Source: Octopus vulgaris
Taxonomy: Eukaryota
Assembly: GCA_951406725.2 (NCBI GenBank)
Contig: OX597834.1
Coordinates: forward strand, 12,152,001 to 12,216,000
DNA length: 64,000 bases
Reading direction: 5' to 3'
Shown here: piece by piece, positions 1 to 11,955 of the stretch
Numbering within the stretch: the stretch's first letter is position 1
How the letters are laid out: each line of letters starts with the position of its first letter
The notes under the pieces: model-generated
The model's input: only the letters and a program-made list of their open reading frames with translations
Told to the model about the DNA's origin: nothing
Databases searched by the model: none
Translations under genes and position numbers: made by a program

Positions 1-58
1 CCGACTTAATCCGTTTGTCCCCTCTATGTTTAGCCCCTTGTGGGTAGTAAATAAAAAT
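1..58 (+). mobile_element. 3' end of SINE family B (cut by window edge)
   Basis: cgacttaatccgtttgtcccctctatgtttagccccttgtgggtagtaaa matches the 3' end of the family B copy at 26276-26494. Confidence 0.8.
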
Positions 59-304
59 AATATATATATATATATATATACATACATCATGTGAAATATA
101 TATATATTAAATTTGCCAAAATTTTAATGTTTAAGTGAATCTAACGATTTTTGTGTGTTTCTTAAATGGCTTATAAATACCTTCCACGCTGCAACTATTT
201 TCGTTCCAGCACACGATCTCTGATCATGTCACTTGCTATGCAAGTACATCTCCGTAATATATATATATATTAATATATATGAAATATATATTGTTAAAGG
301 TTAT

Positions 305-522
305 GGCTTTGGAATTGCACCTACCATGTAACCCTCCGAGCAGCAAGTCTGGGTAAGTTTGTTTATGGGAGACCAGCAGCCATCCCTACATAACAGGCTC
401 CCTTCTCCATGCCGCCGATGTTAACCAAGTGAAAGGCAAAAGCCGATACAGTTTGGCCCCAGGGACGTCGCAACTCATTTTTACAGCTGATTGAACTGGA
501 TCAACGTGAATTAAGTGGCTTG
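305..522 (-). mobile_element. SINE family D body, 5'-truncated
   Basis: Minus strand reads cacttaattcacgttgatccagttcaatcagctgtaaaaatgagt..., a CORE-like central segment. The same segment is in the head-bearing copy at 960-1092. Confidence 0.55.
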
Positions 523-959
523 TAGTTTTATATAATTTACATAACTATTTCAAAATGCCGATTGATTCCGAGTTGAAATTGGTTTCAATGCTGCTCTGAA
601 TACGCAGAAATATCAATAATACTTCATATTATATAAAGCATAGTCACATACGATCTTAATATCTTTTCGGTGACTCATCGCGTAATTTTGTTAACACAAA
701 GCTAAAGAGAGTTTCTCGAAATAGCATGTAATCAAGTTGTATTAGACTTCTGTTTGTTTTAGATATTGCCATATGAACGCCATAACAATGTCTTTATTTA
801 CATATATGCACACATATATGTATGTATTTAATGATAAATATTTGCGCGTTTGTGGAATTATGTGTATTTATATGTGGGTTTAAAGACATACTGGTAATTA
901 CCAAACGGCACACCATTCGCGCTTCTACAGTGTACCTCCATAATATTTAAAATAATACA

Positions 960-1092
960 TTTTTCGTGGATTTGAACAACGTGAAATTGAGCGTTTCGCC
1001 CATGGACACAAGCATCACCCCGCTCAGAAATAGAAACCTGAATCTTACGATCAGGAGTTCGATACGCCAATTCCTGATACACGCGCTTCCAT
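960..1092 (-). mobile_element. Degenerate tRNA-derived SINE head (family D)
   Basis: Minus strand has a decayed tRNA-like head (actcctgatcgtaagattcaggtttctatttc) followed by atttcacgttgttcaaatccac, shared with 305-522. Confidence 0.45.
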
Positions 1093-1164
1093 AAGAACAC
1101 GCTCACACACAAACATATTTATTATATATTCACACATAGTTGTATATTCATACATAAGTGTATG

Positions 1165-1221
<57 letters not shown>

Positions 1222-1226
<5 letters not shown>

Positions 1227-1750
1227 AAATACTTTCGACATATGTTTCTTTGCTTCAATAGAGAAATCTACTTCCGAGCCTTTGAAAATTTTTCAACCAA
1301 TATATATCCCTCTTTTTTTATTCTCTACTTATTATTTCTTTACCCCTTTTCTTCCTAGTGTCTGCTTTTAAAGTCAAATCTACTAACGAGTTTAAAAAAA
1401 ATACTTAATGGCGTTCTGTTTATCATTTATGTAGTCATCAAAATTGTTATGTCTTCTTGTTGAGATAGGTTCTCTTTCTTTCCTGATGAGAAGATTGCAT
1501 TTTACATCCGTTTATTCTTTGGAATAAAACCAATGTTGTCTTCGAAACATATGTCGAAAGTAAAAGAATTTGAATAAGATCTGCGATCAACTCCATTTAT
1601 TTACTTATACTACACAAATTACTGCACATTAACCCAGAGTTTCTACCTTTGAATAGTTCATCCGTGTTACTTGCGTGAATTTTGCTACCCTGGTAACTGT
1701 TTATTGAATTTTCCATGTTAACGGTAAACAAAGTATAATTCATTCATCCA
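1222..1750 (+). mobile_element. Putative Penelope-like element terminal repeat / retrozyme-like island between microsatellites
   Basis: Bounded by (TA)n and (CA)n. Contains an intact minimal hammerhead (1478-1560) and a 19-nt inverted copy of its 3' part at the left end (1230-1248). Confidence 0.6.
1478..1560 (+). ncRNA. Type I minimal hammerhead ribozyme, intact core
   Basis: Stem I CTTTC(1478-82)/GAAAG(1556-60); core CTGATGA 1483-89; stem II closed by GAAGA(1490-94)/TCTTC(1539-43); GAAA 1544-47; palindromic stem III ACATATGT; GUC triplet 1553-55 with predicted cleavage after C1555. Confidence 0.85.
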
Positions 1751-1794
1751 TTTACACACACACACACACACCCACATATATATATCTATATGTG

Positions 1795-1939
1795 TGTGTG
1801 ATAAGGAGCTTGCTTCCCAACTACATGACTCCGGGTTCAATCCGACTGCGTACCATCATGAGGAGGTGTATTCTACTATATCCTCGGGCCGACCAAAGCC
1901 TTGTCAGTGGATTTGTAGGCAGAGAATAGAAGCCCGTCG

Positions 1940-1972
<33 letters not shown>

Positions 1973-2168
1973 GTATGTATTTCTGTGTGTCTGTGTTTGT
2001 CTGCCCTTCATCGCTTGACAACGGATGCTGCTGTGCTTATGTCCCTGTAACCTAGCGCTTCAGCAAGAGATCGATAGAATGAGTCCAGGTGTCGATTTCT
2101 TCGCCTAATGCCCTTATTACCCATGCCACAGTCAAATGAGTGAACCAAGTAAAAGAATAAAAGAATAA
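1795..2168 (+). mobile_element. SINE family A, diverged
   Basis: B-box gggttcaatcc, ggccgaccaaagcc, internal (TA)n, cagtcaaatga..aagtaaaagaataaaag tail. Confidence 0.8.
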
Positions 2169-2204
2169 TAGGCTACACACACACATATATATATATATAT
2201 ATAT

Positions 2205-2595
2205 TCTATTTTACTCTTACTTGTTTCAGTCATTTGACTGTGGCCATGCTGGTGCACCGCCTTTAGTCAAGCAAATCGACCCCAGGACTTATTACATGTA
2301 AGCCTAGTACTTATTCTATCGCTCTCTTTTGCCGAACCGCTAGGTAACGGGGACATGAACACACCAGCATCGGCTGTCAAGCGATGTTGGGGGGACAAAC
2401 ACACACACACATATATATATATACATATCCACGACAGGTTTCTTTCAGTTTCCATCTACCAAATCCACTCACAAGGCTTTGGTCGGCCCGAGGCTATAGT
2501 AGAAGACAGCTGCCCAAAGTGCCACGCAGTGGGGCTGAACCAGGAACGATGTGGTTGGTAAGCAAGCTACTTTAGCACACAGCCACTGATGCACC
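2205..2595 (-). mobile_element. SINE family A
   Basis: Reverse complement of the family A consensus, near full length. Confidence 0.9.
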
Positions 2596-3259
2596 TATAT
2601 ATGTGTGTGTGTGTTTGATTACACATGGTTACACGCGTATGGCCAGAAACTACTTCCAATACGTACTGTAAATCTTCACCCGTTTCTATATGCTTCCATC
2701 ATATCAGAAAGTGACGTGCCAAAGTTTGAAAGAACAATTTGAAAATAATATCCAGAGACCAAACAAACATAAAATAAGAATGTGAAGCATAAATCCATAA
2801 ACGGTTTTTATAGATTTACATAAAATACATATTCAAATGAGAGAATAGCAATACGAAATGATGTTTTAAACAAACATGAATTCAAATGACTTTTAATAAT
2901 AGCTATAACGTTACTCAAAAAATAAATGATTGAAGATGTACGTAACAAACAAGATACTACTTCACATTTGTTTTTACCCATAAATAATGAAACTTAGGGA
3001 TATGAATTAATTCAGTATTTAAATTAGTTATGCTTATTTGAATTCTTCGGTGTTAATTATTCAAACTACAAACAAATTTGTCATCAGGAATTGAATTTAA
3101 TTTAGTAGAAGTTTTTCACTGGGACAAATATATTTAGTTATTTAGTTAGTTTTGTTAGTTATCTTTTCAAAGTATTCGTTGTTTTATGCAACCGTTATAA
3201 AAGTTTTAATTTCGAAAGTATACATTATACTCAATTTGTTGCATATTTTGCGTTTTTAT

Positions 3260-3330
3260 TGATTGATTGATTGATTGATTGATTCTAGTTTCAGCTTATG
3301 AGCTGTGGCCATGCTGGGGCACCGCCATTA
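3260..3330 (-). mobile_element. Short LINE-like 3' end sharing its tail with SINE A
   Basis: Minus strand taatggcggtgccccagcatggccacagctcataagctgaaactag followed by (AATC)n; second copy at 38185-38242. Confidence 0.55.
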
Positions 3331-3508
3331 TTTACAAATTTTTTTTTTTTTTTTTTTTTGCTTTTATGTCATTTGCAAAATGTGTGATTCGCAGGATTAC
3401 ATTCGTCAAGTTGTACTTGTGGAACTTTTGTGACATGTCACACACATCGAATCAGACACCTGACCGAAGCATTAATTAATTTTAATTTCTTCATCCTCAT
3501 GCCGCTTT

Positions 3509-3683
3509 GGCGCAGGAGTGGCTGTGTGGTAGGTAGCTTGTTTACCAACCACATAGTTCCGGCTTCAGTCCCACTGCGTGGCACCTTGGGCAAGTGTCTT
3601 CTACTATAGCCTCGGGCCGACCAAAGCCTTGTGAGTGGATCTGGTAGACGGAAACTGAAAGAAGCCCGTCGTATTTATGTATG

Positions 3684-3714
<31 letters not shown>

Positions 3715-3925
3715 GTGTGTGTGTTTGTCCCCCTAGCATTATTTGACAACCGATGCTGGTGTGTTTATGTCCCCGTCACTTAGCGGTTCGGCAAAAGAGA
3801 CCGATAGAATAAGTACTGGGCTTACAAAGAATAAGTCCCGGTGTCGGTGTCGAGTTGCTCGATTAAAGGTGGTGCTCCAGCATGGCCGCAGTCAAATGAC
3901 TGAAAGAAGTAAAAGATTAAAAGAG
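3509..3925 (+). mobile_element. SINE family A, full length (tRNA-derived head, internal TA/TG microsatellite, stem-loop tail)
   Basis: ggcgcaggagtggctgtgtggtag (A-box-like), ttcagtccc (B-box-like), CORE-like gcaccttgggcaagtgtctt, tail cagtcaaatgactgaaa..taaaagag; about 20 copies in the window. Confidence 0.9.
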
Positions 3926-5100
3926 TATGCCTTTCCTCCTCCTCCTCCTCTTTTTCTTACTCCTCGCCCTCCACCTATTTCTGCTCCGCATGCTCCTCTC
4001 CCCCCCCCTAAGCTACACCCTTCCGTCTCCTTCCCCTCATCATCTTCTTCCACATCATCATCATCATCATCATTACAATCGTCGTCGACACAAAGACAAC
4101 AGTCAAAATAATAACAATAGTAGCAGTTTTGAATTTTACGATAATCAAAACATGCAAGAACAATAGAAAATTAATTAAATGATAAACATTTTTGATGAAG
4201 AGTTATGATTTAAATTCGTGTACTATTGAGTCCTTTGTGATGTTTCACTTTGATCCGTAACCATTAATGTTTGTCCGATAAATGAAACCAGGATAGATCG
4301 CTAAACTTCACTATTTGTTTTTAAGTGATTTACCGCGATCGAGTTACGATTTATATATTCTTTATTAAATAATTATAATTAAAGGCAAAAGAAAGATTTC
4401 TGTGCCAGTATGCTGAGAAATAGACTTTAAATCGTCAATCACCACATACAATATACAACACTATAAATGCACAACGTGCTGAATCGAGGAAAGCAAGCTA
4501 ACGGAATTTTTTCGCATCTGTTATCTCTGAATTGGAACGATTTCTAGATTAATCGAAAGGATTTTTCTTTCTTCAGCAGAGAACACGATAAGAAATAAAT
4601 GAAATACTTACAAGCACCCACGGAAAAGCAGAAGCAAAGTCATGAGTACATCTAAGTACCCCAAATATATCTAAATAGAAATTCCGTAGCAAGCCTCAAC
4701 ACACGTGTAATCGGTCAGGAAACACAACTTAGAGTGGTTACCAGGCCTGAAGTGAATGGTAATAAATTTAGTTGTAATATAGAATAAATTTTTTTTCAAA
4801 CATTTCATCAGGTATTTTAATATGCTGGCCACTGATGAAAATTTTTGCAAAAAATGTTATCCTATATTAGAAGTAAATTTATTCTTTGTTAAATTTAGTC
4901 ACAGTTTATTACTATAGCGATATTTACATGCTTGGTCTTCCTACTCGAAGGGAAGACGCAGTGTATCTCCTGGTGATTGCCATTTGTTGCTGGTATCTCT
5001 TTCGTTTATCAGAAGGAACATTTAAATAAAATTTCTGCAAGCAATTTGAAATTCTAGTGCAAGATATTTTCAAATAATAATAATAATAATAATAATAATT

Positions 5101-6132
5101 GTCCAGAAAAAGGGGGGGCGATATTTGATCACTTGCCACGGTTGTATCGAAGCAGAGGAAAAGAAAAAGAGCCTAGGGTGGTATATAAAAAATGACGTGG
5201 AGCCAGTGTTGAAACACATGAAGAAGGCCGGAGTCAGCAAAATCAAAAACTGTGTAACTAAAGAAAAAATCTAACAAGAAATGAAGAAAAAGAGGGAAAA
5301 AAAAAACGCATGGTAAGAAAAGAAAAATTACGGTCAAATTGCAAAGAGATGTGAAAGTCAAATCAGATACAGAGTACCTGTGGCTATGGATAAGGTGGAG
5401 TGACCAGAAGATAGAGACAAAAGCACTGGAACAAGCGTTAAGGACCAATTATATGAAGTGCAGAATAGACAACACTACCGTTAGCGACAAAAGTAGAATG
5501 TGCGATTAGAGGGATGAAATGGTATGGTACATCGTTAGAAAATGCCCGAAATTGACACAATGGCGAATACAAAAGACCCCATGACAATGTGGCAAGAATG
5601 ATCCAATGGGAATTCTGTGGAAATCCCAGCCTATAAAGAGCAAACTCGTGCTCCAGAATGAGTCGCCGAATATGAGAATTGCAAAATCCAGTAGGATTCA
5701 ATGATCGTATGCGAACACCCGGCTAGACATATTATTTGTGAATGAGAAAGGAAGAACATGTATGATAACCGACATACCATGCCCCGTTGACAACAGGATC
5801 AGTGTGAAAGAAGAAAAAAAACTATGACGATTCGAAGTGAGGTATACGAAGATTGTGACCTATAAAGAGTGTACACGTGATACTAATAATAACTGATGCC
5901 CTTGGAAATGTCAGCACTGAACTTCCAGCATGGCTGAAAAACATCGGTGCAAGTGTGAAGATAAAATCACCTGCAAAAATCAGCATTGCTTGGAACTGCA
6001 AGAATTTTTCATAGGGTATTATGACCAGTAAACAAGTGTCACCTAAATCTGCTGGCTGTTGGCGGCTGACACTTTCCATAATACCAACCAAAATAAGTTG
6101 TGAGTTTTCATGTAATAATGATAATAATAATA
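5101..6132 (+). mobile_element. Decayed R4/Dong-type (RLE) non-LTR retrotransposon, 5'-truncated
   Basis: Broken frames read RKRGGR..SLGWY, EQALRTNYMKCRID..RMCD..IVRKCPKL (decayed zinc knuckle), EYKRPHDNVARMIQWEFC, LDILFVNEK..DIPCPVDNRISVKEEKK, and LQKSALLGTARIFHRVL*. Bracketed by (TAA)n at 5073-5099 and ~6113-6132. Confidence 0.85.
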
Positions 6133-6386
6133 ATTCAAATTCAAAATATAGTGCTCATGGGAACAGCTCATATCCTACGCAAAATACTTTCTTTGTAATC
6201 TCAAGTTTTAAAACAAACATAATTTTTGCATGGTGTTTTAGGTATTCACTAGTACATCACTAAGTACAAAACCAAATATATGGCACCCTAGGCATAACAC
6301 CAACACGAACTTCCAACTTGTTGTCTCTTGAGGTCTCTGGGTGAGACTTGGAGCCAGCTTGTGCAAATGTAAGGCAAAAGTCAAAC

Positions 6387-6420
<34 letters not shown>
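6133..6420 (+). mobile_element. 3' end of a second R4/Dong-type subfamily
   Basis: IQNIVLMGTAHILRKILSL* at 6139-6198, then a distinct 3' UTR ending in (TAA)n at ~6389-6419. Confidence 0.75.
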
Positions 6421-6421
<1 letters not shown>

Positions 6422-6660
6422 GTGATGCCAGTTGTTATGTACAAGTGATACCAGTGGTTATCGGTGCGCTGGGCTCAATCCCATTGAAATTTCAAAACCT
6501 CTTAAGGCAACTGGAAATCCCATGTAAGATTAATGTCTTGCACGAAGCAGCTTTACTGGGCAGAGCGCACATTCGTAAGGAAAGTATTATCTGTCTGAGG
6601 TCTTGTTGTGACGTGTCAGATGACTAAAGAAGAACTTGAATTTATTCTCGCCGGCCATTT
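6421..6660 (+). mobile_element. 3' end of a third R4/Dong-type subfamily
   Basis: VIPVVIGALGSIP..LRQLEIP..VLHEAALLGRAHI matches the conserved RLE C-terminus VIGALG..LQK.ALLGTA.I. Confidence 0.75.
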
Positions 6661-7780
6661 AATAGGCGACGAGAAGACATCGTTGGTCTTCGCCCCTGTA
6701 TTTGAAACTCTGAGTACTACGATGTCAACTTACTGATTGTCCTAAACTACACCCACACACCCACATACATATGTATAAACACATATATGTGTGGTGTTAG
6801 GTAATTCAATAAATTATAAATTAAGGTAGTCATCTAAAGTAAAAGAAAGTATAATAATGTAAAATTTTTGTTTGGAATTAACAGAGATTTTTTTTCTTTA
6901 CTATTACGATCTTATTCAAATGGTCTACATTTTATTTGAATTTTCTATATTTTATCAATAATTTTCAAATTTGTGAATAATAATTCCGTCTACACATTTA
7001 TTATTTATTAACACTCTAGCCAGTATTGAAATAAATATATTTAAAAGTTATTCCTTTATCTTCCGATTATGCATAATTTGAAGCTAGTAATCTCGATGCA
7101 ATTTAAGAGATTCTATGATCTTTTAGAAGGCTTATTTGTTTTGGTTTGTATTTAGTTGTTGCTTTTGTATTTTGGGAAATTTCCATCGCGAGTCTTCCGT
7201 TTTTTTCTTCTTTTTGTTTTTGTATTTTTGCTTCCTTTTGACTAAAGTGAAAAGAATTGTCGCTTGAGTTTATATGAAAATATATTAAAATGGAAATTTA
7301 TAAATTTCATGCTATTCAATGAATGTGATAAAATATTTAAAAAAAATATCATAAATAATATACAGAAAATTAAAAACAAAGAAAAGGAAAAAGAAAACGA
7401 AATTAAATTCTGAAAATGAAAATATTAAAATACTAAAAGTTATATAAAGACTAGTCTGATTAGTAAATAACTTGTGGCGATTACATAAAATTTATAAAAG
7501 AATATAAAAAAGAAATATATTTTAAACGTTTTCTATTCAATTAGACGACATGATGGTAGAGATTAAAGTATTCTTTTAAATGATTTGGCAATTTAAATTC
7601 TTCGAAACTTTCTGATGAAAAATATGGAACTCGAGAAAACTTTTCCATTATGAAAAGGACAAGAATATATTGGTCAGTTCTTAAAAAAAAATAACACATA
7701 CGCGTAGACAGACGCTATTTATGTTGTTATTTGTTAATTTTATGAAGAAAAAAGAAACGTGTGAAATTATATTTATGTAT

Positions 7781-7938
7781 AGGAGCCGATGTAGCACTGT
7801 GGTAGTAAGTTTGCTTCCCAGCCACACTGTTCCTGGTTCGATTCCCTCGCGTGAAGTCTTCAAGAGTTATCTTCTACTATAGCCTCAGGCCGACCAAAAT
7901 CCTCTGAGTAGGCTTTGTCGGCGGAAACTGGAAGAGGC

Positions 7939-7942
<4 letters not shown>
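7781..7942 (+). mobile_element. SINE family A, 5' half
   Basis: Head and body up to gaagaggcccgt, ending in (TA)n. Confidence 0.75.
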
Positions 7943-7996
<54 letters not shown>

Positions 7997-8111
7997 GGCA
8001 TTACTACACATAAATGCGACACGCTAACAGGGAACTCAAAGTCAAAACTACTAAAATAAACATATCGTACCGCTGATTACTTGATAAATTCTTATAAAGA
8101 TTTTATCCTAT

Positions 8112-8154
<43 letters not shown>

Positions 8155-8631
8155 TTACTAGGTATAGCCCGCAGGAGAGAAACCGCCTCAAAAAGCTCCC
8201 CAAAGGTATTCTATACAGATTTACACCTGACTCAACCGTAATTAAAACACACAATCTCTATATACACACATTTCTCCATATACACATACAGAAAGTCTGT
8301 TTTTCCTGACCCTTTGGCTTTCCTGGAAATATCAAACGTATCTTTCTTAAATCATAAGCGAAGTTTAAAAAACTTACATCTTACACATTTTACTCAATCG
8401 TAACCTGGCCATAGAAAACAAGCTTGTGTATTGCGTAGAATATCTTTGACTATTGGACTAGTGAAACAATTTAGATTTAGGTTAAACTACACCAATAACA
8501 AAAGCCTCCTGCTCCGGGCAGAAAATTTAATGTAATTCAACATGGTTGTCTATGGTGATGTTTAACCATACGACAGTCCTTATTTCAATGAGAGCGAAGC
8601 ACGGTTCTCCGAATAGAATTTTTTCATCTAA

Positions 8632-8867
8632 TTTCACATGTTTGTCCATCCTGATATTTAACCCACGAAATAATTTCTATATTTTACAAATTTATTGTTC
8701 TGTGTTCAGCATTAGATTTGAGAAATTATGAAAGGTACTCAAGATGGAGTTATTCGCTTCACTCTGACGCATTCTAAGAACCTGCTTTTATTTTTCTTAC
8801 GCTTTATTTTGTAATGTAACTCAGTGTGTTTCACATGTTTCTCCATCCTGATATTTAACCGACGAAA
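8632..8867. repeat. 39-bp direct repeat pair (8632-8670 and 8829-8867)
   Basis: tttcacatgttt[g/c]tccatcctgatatttaacc[c/g]acgaaa, two mismatches. Confidence 0.85.
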
Positions 8868-8868
8868 C

Positions 8869-9070
8869 TTCAGTGCTGATACTTCCAGGGGCATTAGTTA
8901 TTATTAGTATCACGTGTACACTCATTATAGGTCACAATCTTCGTATTTCCCACTTCGAATCATCATAGTTGGGTTTTTTTCTTCTTTCACACTGATCCTG
9001 TTGTCAACGGAGCATGGTATGTCGATTATCATACATGTTCTCCCTTTCTTATTCACAAATACAATGCCTG
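8869..9070 (-). mobile_element. Inverted copy of an RLE-domain segment of the R4/Dong element
   Basis: Reverse complement aligns along its length with 5728-5921. Confidence 0.85.
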
Positions 9071-10119
9071 GATTTCGATGTCTCGTCGGGTATTTTTAAG
9101 TAGATTATTTGAGCTACTTAAACTTGAGTGAGGACTCTTCGTCGTTTGAAGGAAATCTAACGATCTGGTTGTGGATTTTTCATTTGTTTCTATTAATTAT
9201 TCTTGTTGATATTGATTCCCACGTCAGGCGTTTGGTTGAAAAGGCTTATCATTAACACTTGTCTAGACTTTCCGTGTCTTCACTTCTAACGCATTGAGAA
9301 TTAGGATCCGATGTGCTCGTTCTTTTACATGCTACACTACGATTCATATCAACTGGTTAGGCATATGATCAATGAAATTTCAGCCTTGACATTGCCATGT
9401 TGTTCTGACATAGCAGAAACCGGAATTTGCATAATCCAATATATCATTTTTAAAGAAATTGGCTGCTTCTTTTTGCGTGTTATTTGATCAATGATATTCA
9501 TACCCTTATCATCATATATTTTTCGCATGTAAAGAAAAACCAAGTTTCACATTATTCCAATCTCATTGTCAAAAAACCGGTAGAGAACATTTTGAGGTTG
9601 ATTTTGCAGTTATCTTCTTACAGAACGGAAGGGTGACCACACAGAGGCTCTTTCATTGCTTTCGTTAAAGAAATGCAATATTTTTGATGGTGCCAAATAT
9701 AAATGAAATAAAAGACGATGTCAGTGACCTTATCATGTCTTTTGAACATTTAGTTCGGTTCTATAGCTTTTCTTCTGCTTTGATGTAATGGTATGATATT
9801 CTCTCTATTGAAGTTGGCGTAGCAATGCGTCCGTTCCATCGTGAAGCCTACGATATTTTTCTAGTATTGCGCCTGTTTGTTTATGTTTATATGTTTCTTC
9901 TTTTGTTTATTGTACTTTAAATAATTATTCATGTATAACTTAGTAAGACTTATGAATGAGAGAAACGTGATATGTTTACAAACCTGTGAAACAGGCAACT
10001 GTTTCTTAACTTGTCTCAAAGACATATACGCGCAAGTGTGTATCTGCCTATGTCTTTATACTTATACAGATATACACACTATAATATGCATATATGTATA
10101 TATGCACACAAACTCACTA

Positions 10120-10195
<76 letters not shown>

Positions 10196-10232
10196 ATACA
10201 TATAACTATACATGTGTATGAATATACAATGT

Positions 10233-10301
<69 letters not shown>

Positions 10302-10340
10302 CATATAACTATACATGTGTATGAATATACAATGTCAATT
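10120..10340. repeat. Tandem duplication of (TA)n(TG)n plus a ~45-bp unique tail
   Basis: taactatacatgtgtatgaatatacaatgtcaat occurs twice, each after a TA/TG tract. Confidence 0.8.
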
Positions 10341-10865
10341 TACATTATATATATATATATATATATATATGCGTGTGTATGTGTGTGTGCTTTCGTCGGT
10401 GTGTCTGTGTGTATTTATACTAGCGTCTGTTTTTTTTTCGAATCTATATAATATAAATATTATTTAACATTAACTTCGAACAATATCTTTTGGCTGAGTA
10501 ATATTTCTCTAAGGAAACGTTAATAGAAGTTCAATGGTTCGGTTTGGTGAAGACGTCTAGTAAGACGAAACAAAACTATTCTAGTAAAATTTGCCGGTTT
10601 ATATATACGGGTATATTTGTTTGTATATGTAAATATATAAGTATGATTGTATTTATGTATGCAATATATATATGGTAAGATGTAAGGAAAGGATATTTTC
10701 AATCAATCTCTGACACCCAGTTCAGGGATATCAAAGCTGTCGCATTCCAAACCAATGCAGAATTTATTAAGGTGTAAAAATTACCAGTTTCACAAAGGTA
10801 AAACACTTGTGTGGGTTTAGTGAACGGTAAAATATTATACTTGTCCAAATAAGACAAAAAAATGC

Positions 10866-10915
<50 letters not shown>

Positions 10916-10917
<2 letters not shown>

Positions 10918-11313
10918 CGCAGGAGTGGCTGTGTGGTAAGTAGCTTGCTAACCAACCTCATGGTTTCGGGTTCAGTCCCACTGCGTGGCATCTTGGGCAA
11001 GTGTCTTCTGCTATAGCCCCGGGCCGACCAATGCCTTGTGAGTGGATTTAGTAGACGGAAACTGAAAGAAGCCTGTCGTATATATGTATATATATATATA
11101 TGTATGTGTGTGTCTGTGTTTGTCCCCCTAGCATTGCTTGACAACCGATGCTGGTGTGTTTACGTCCCCGTCACTTAGCGGTTCGGCAAAAAGAGACCGA
11201 TAGAATAAGTACTGGGCTTACAAAGAATAAGTCCCGGGATCGATTTGCTCGACTAAAGGCGGTGCTCCAGCATGGCCGCAGTCAAATGACTGAAACAAGT
11301 AAAAGAGAAAGAG
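10916..11313 (+). mobile_element. SINE family A, full length, near consensus
   Basis: Complete head to tail match with 3509-3925. Confidence 0.92.
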
Positions 11314-11886
11314 ATATATATATATATAGTTATATATATAGACACATACATACAAATATACATACATGGAAGTATTTATACACATTCGTCCGTGGTTCTG
11401 GGTATGGGTTCGTGAATCTTGTGATGAAAAATCATTCATATTTGTATATTTTACAAAGATTCAGCTCCCGTTCAGAGGAGAAGCGATGAAAGAATTGCTT
11501 GTCTTTGAAATAGCAATAATCTTTCTACAGCAAGACATTTAAGTCATTTCAGTGGTGCACACCCGTCTTCGACAATAACAGGCCGATGCTGCTTAGAGGC
11601 AAGAAAATTTGGAAGAAGCGCCATTTGTAGCAGCAGCAATTGTGCTAGTAGTAGTAGTAGTAGTAGTAGAAGTGGTAAATCTTATTCAGTAGAACAGTGA
11701 CGATATTAAGGACGCGCTGTTATGTATGCTGAGATACTAGAATGAAAAAACTAAGAAAATATGGAAGAATATACAGAAGACGAATATGAAGAATGAGACG
11801 AGGGAAGAGGAAGGTAGGAGCAGGTGTAATCAGCGAAGAAGTGCTCAGACGTGTATACCCCAAGGGTTCTATTATATTACAATATG

Positions 11887-11955
<69 letters not shown>

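Noticed and set aside
9070-9870. Coding-like decayed sequence on the minus strand
   Set aside because: No frame gave a recognisable motif; cannot be classified without a search
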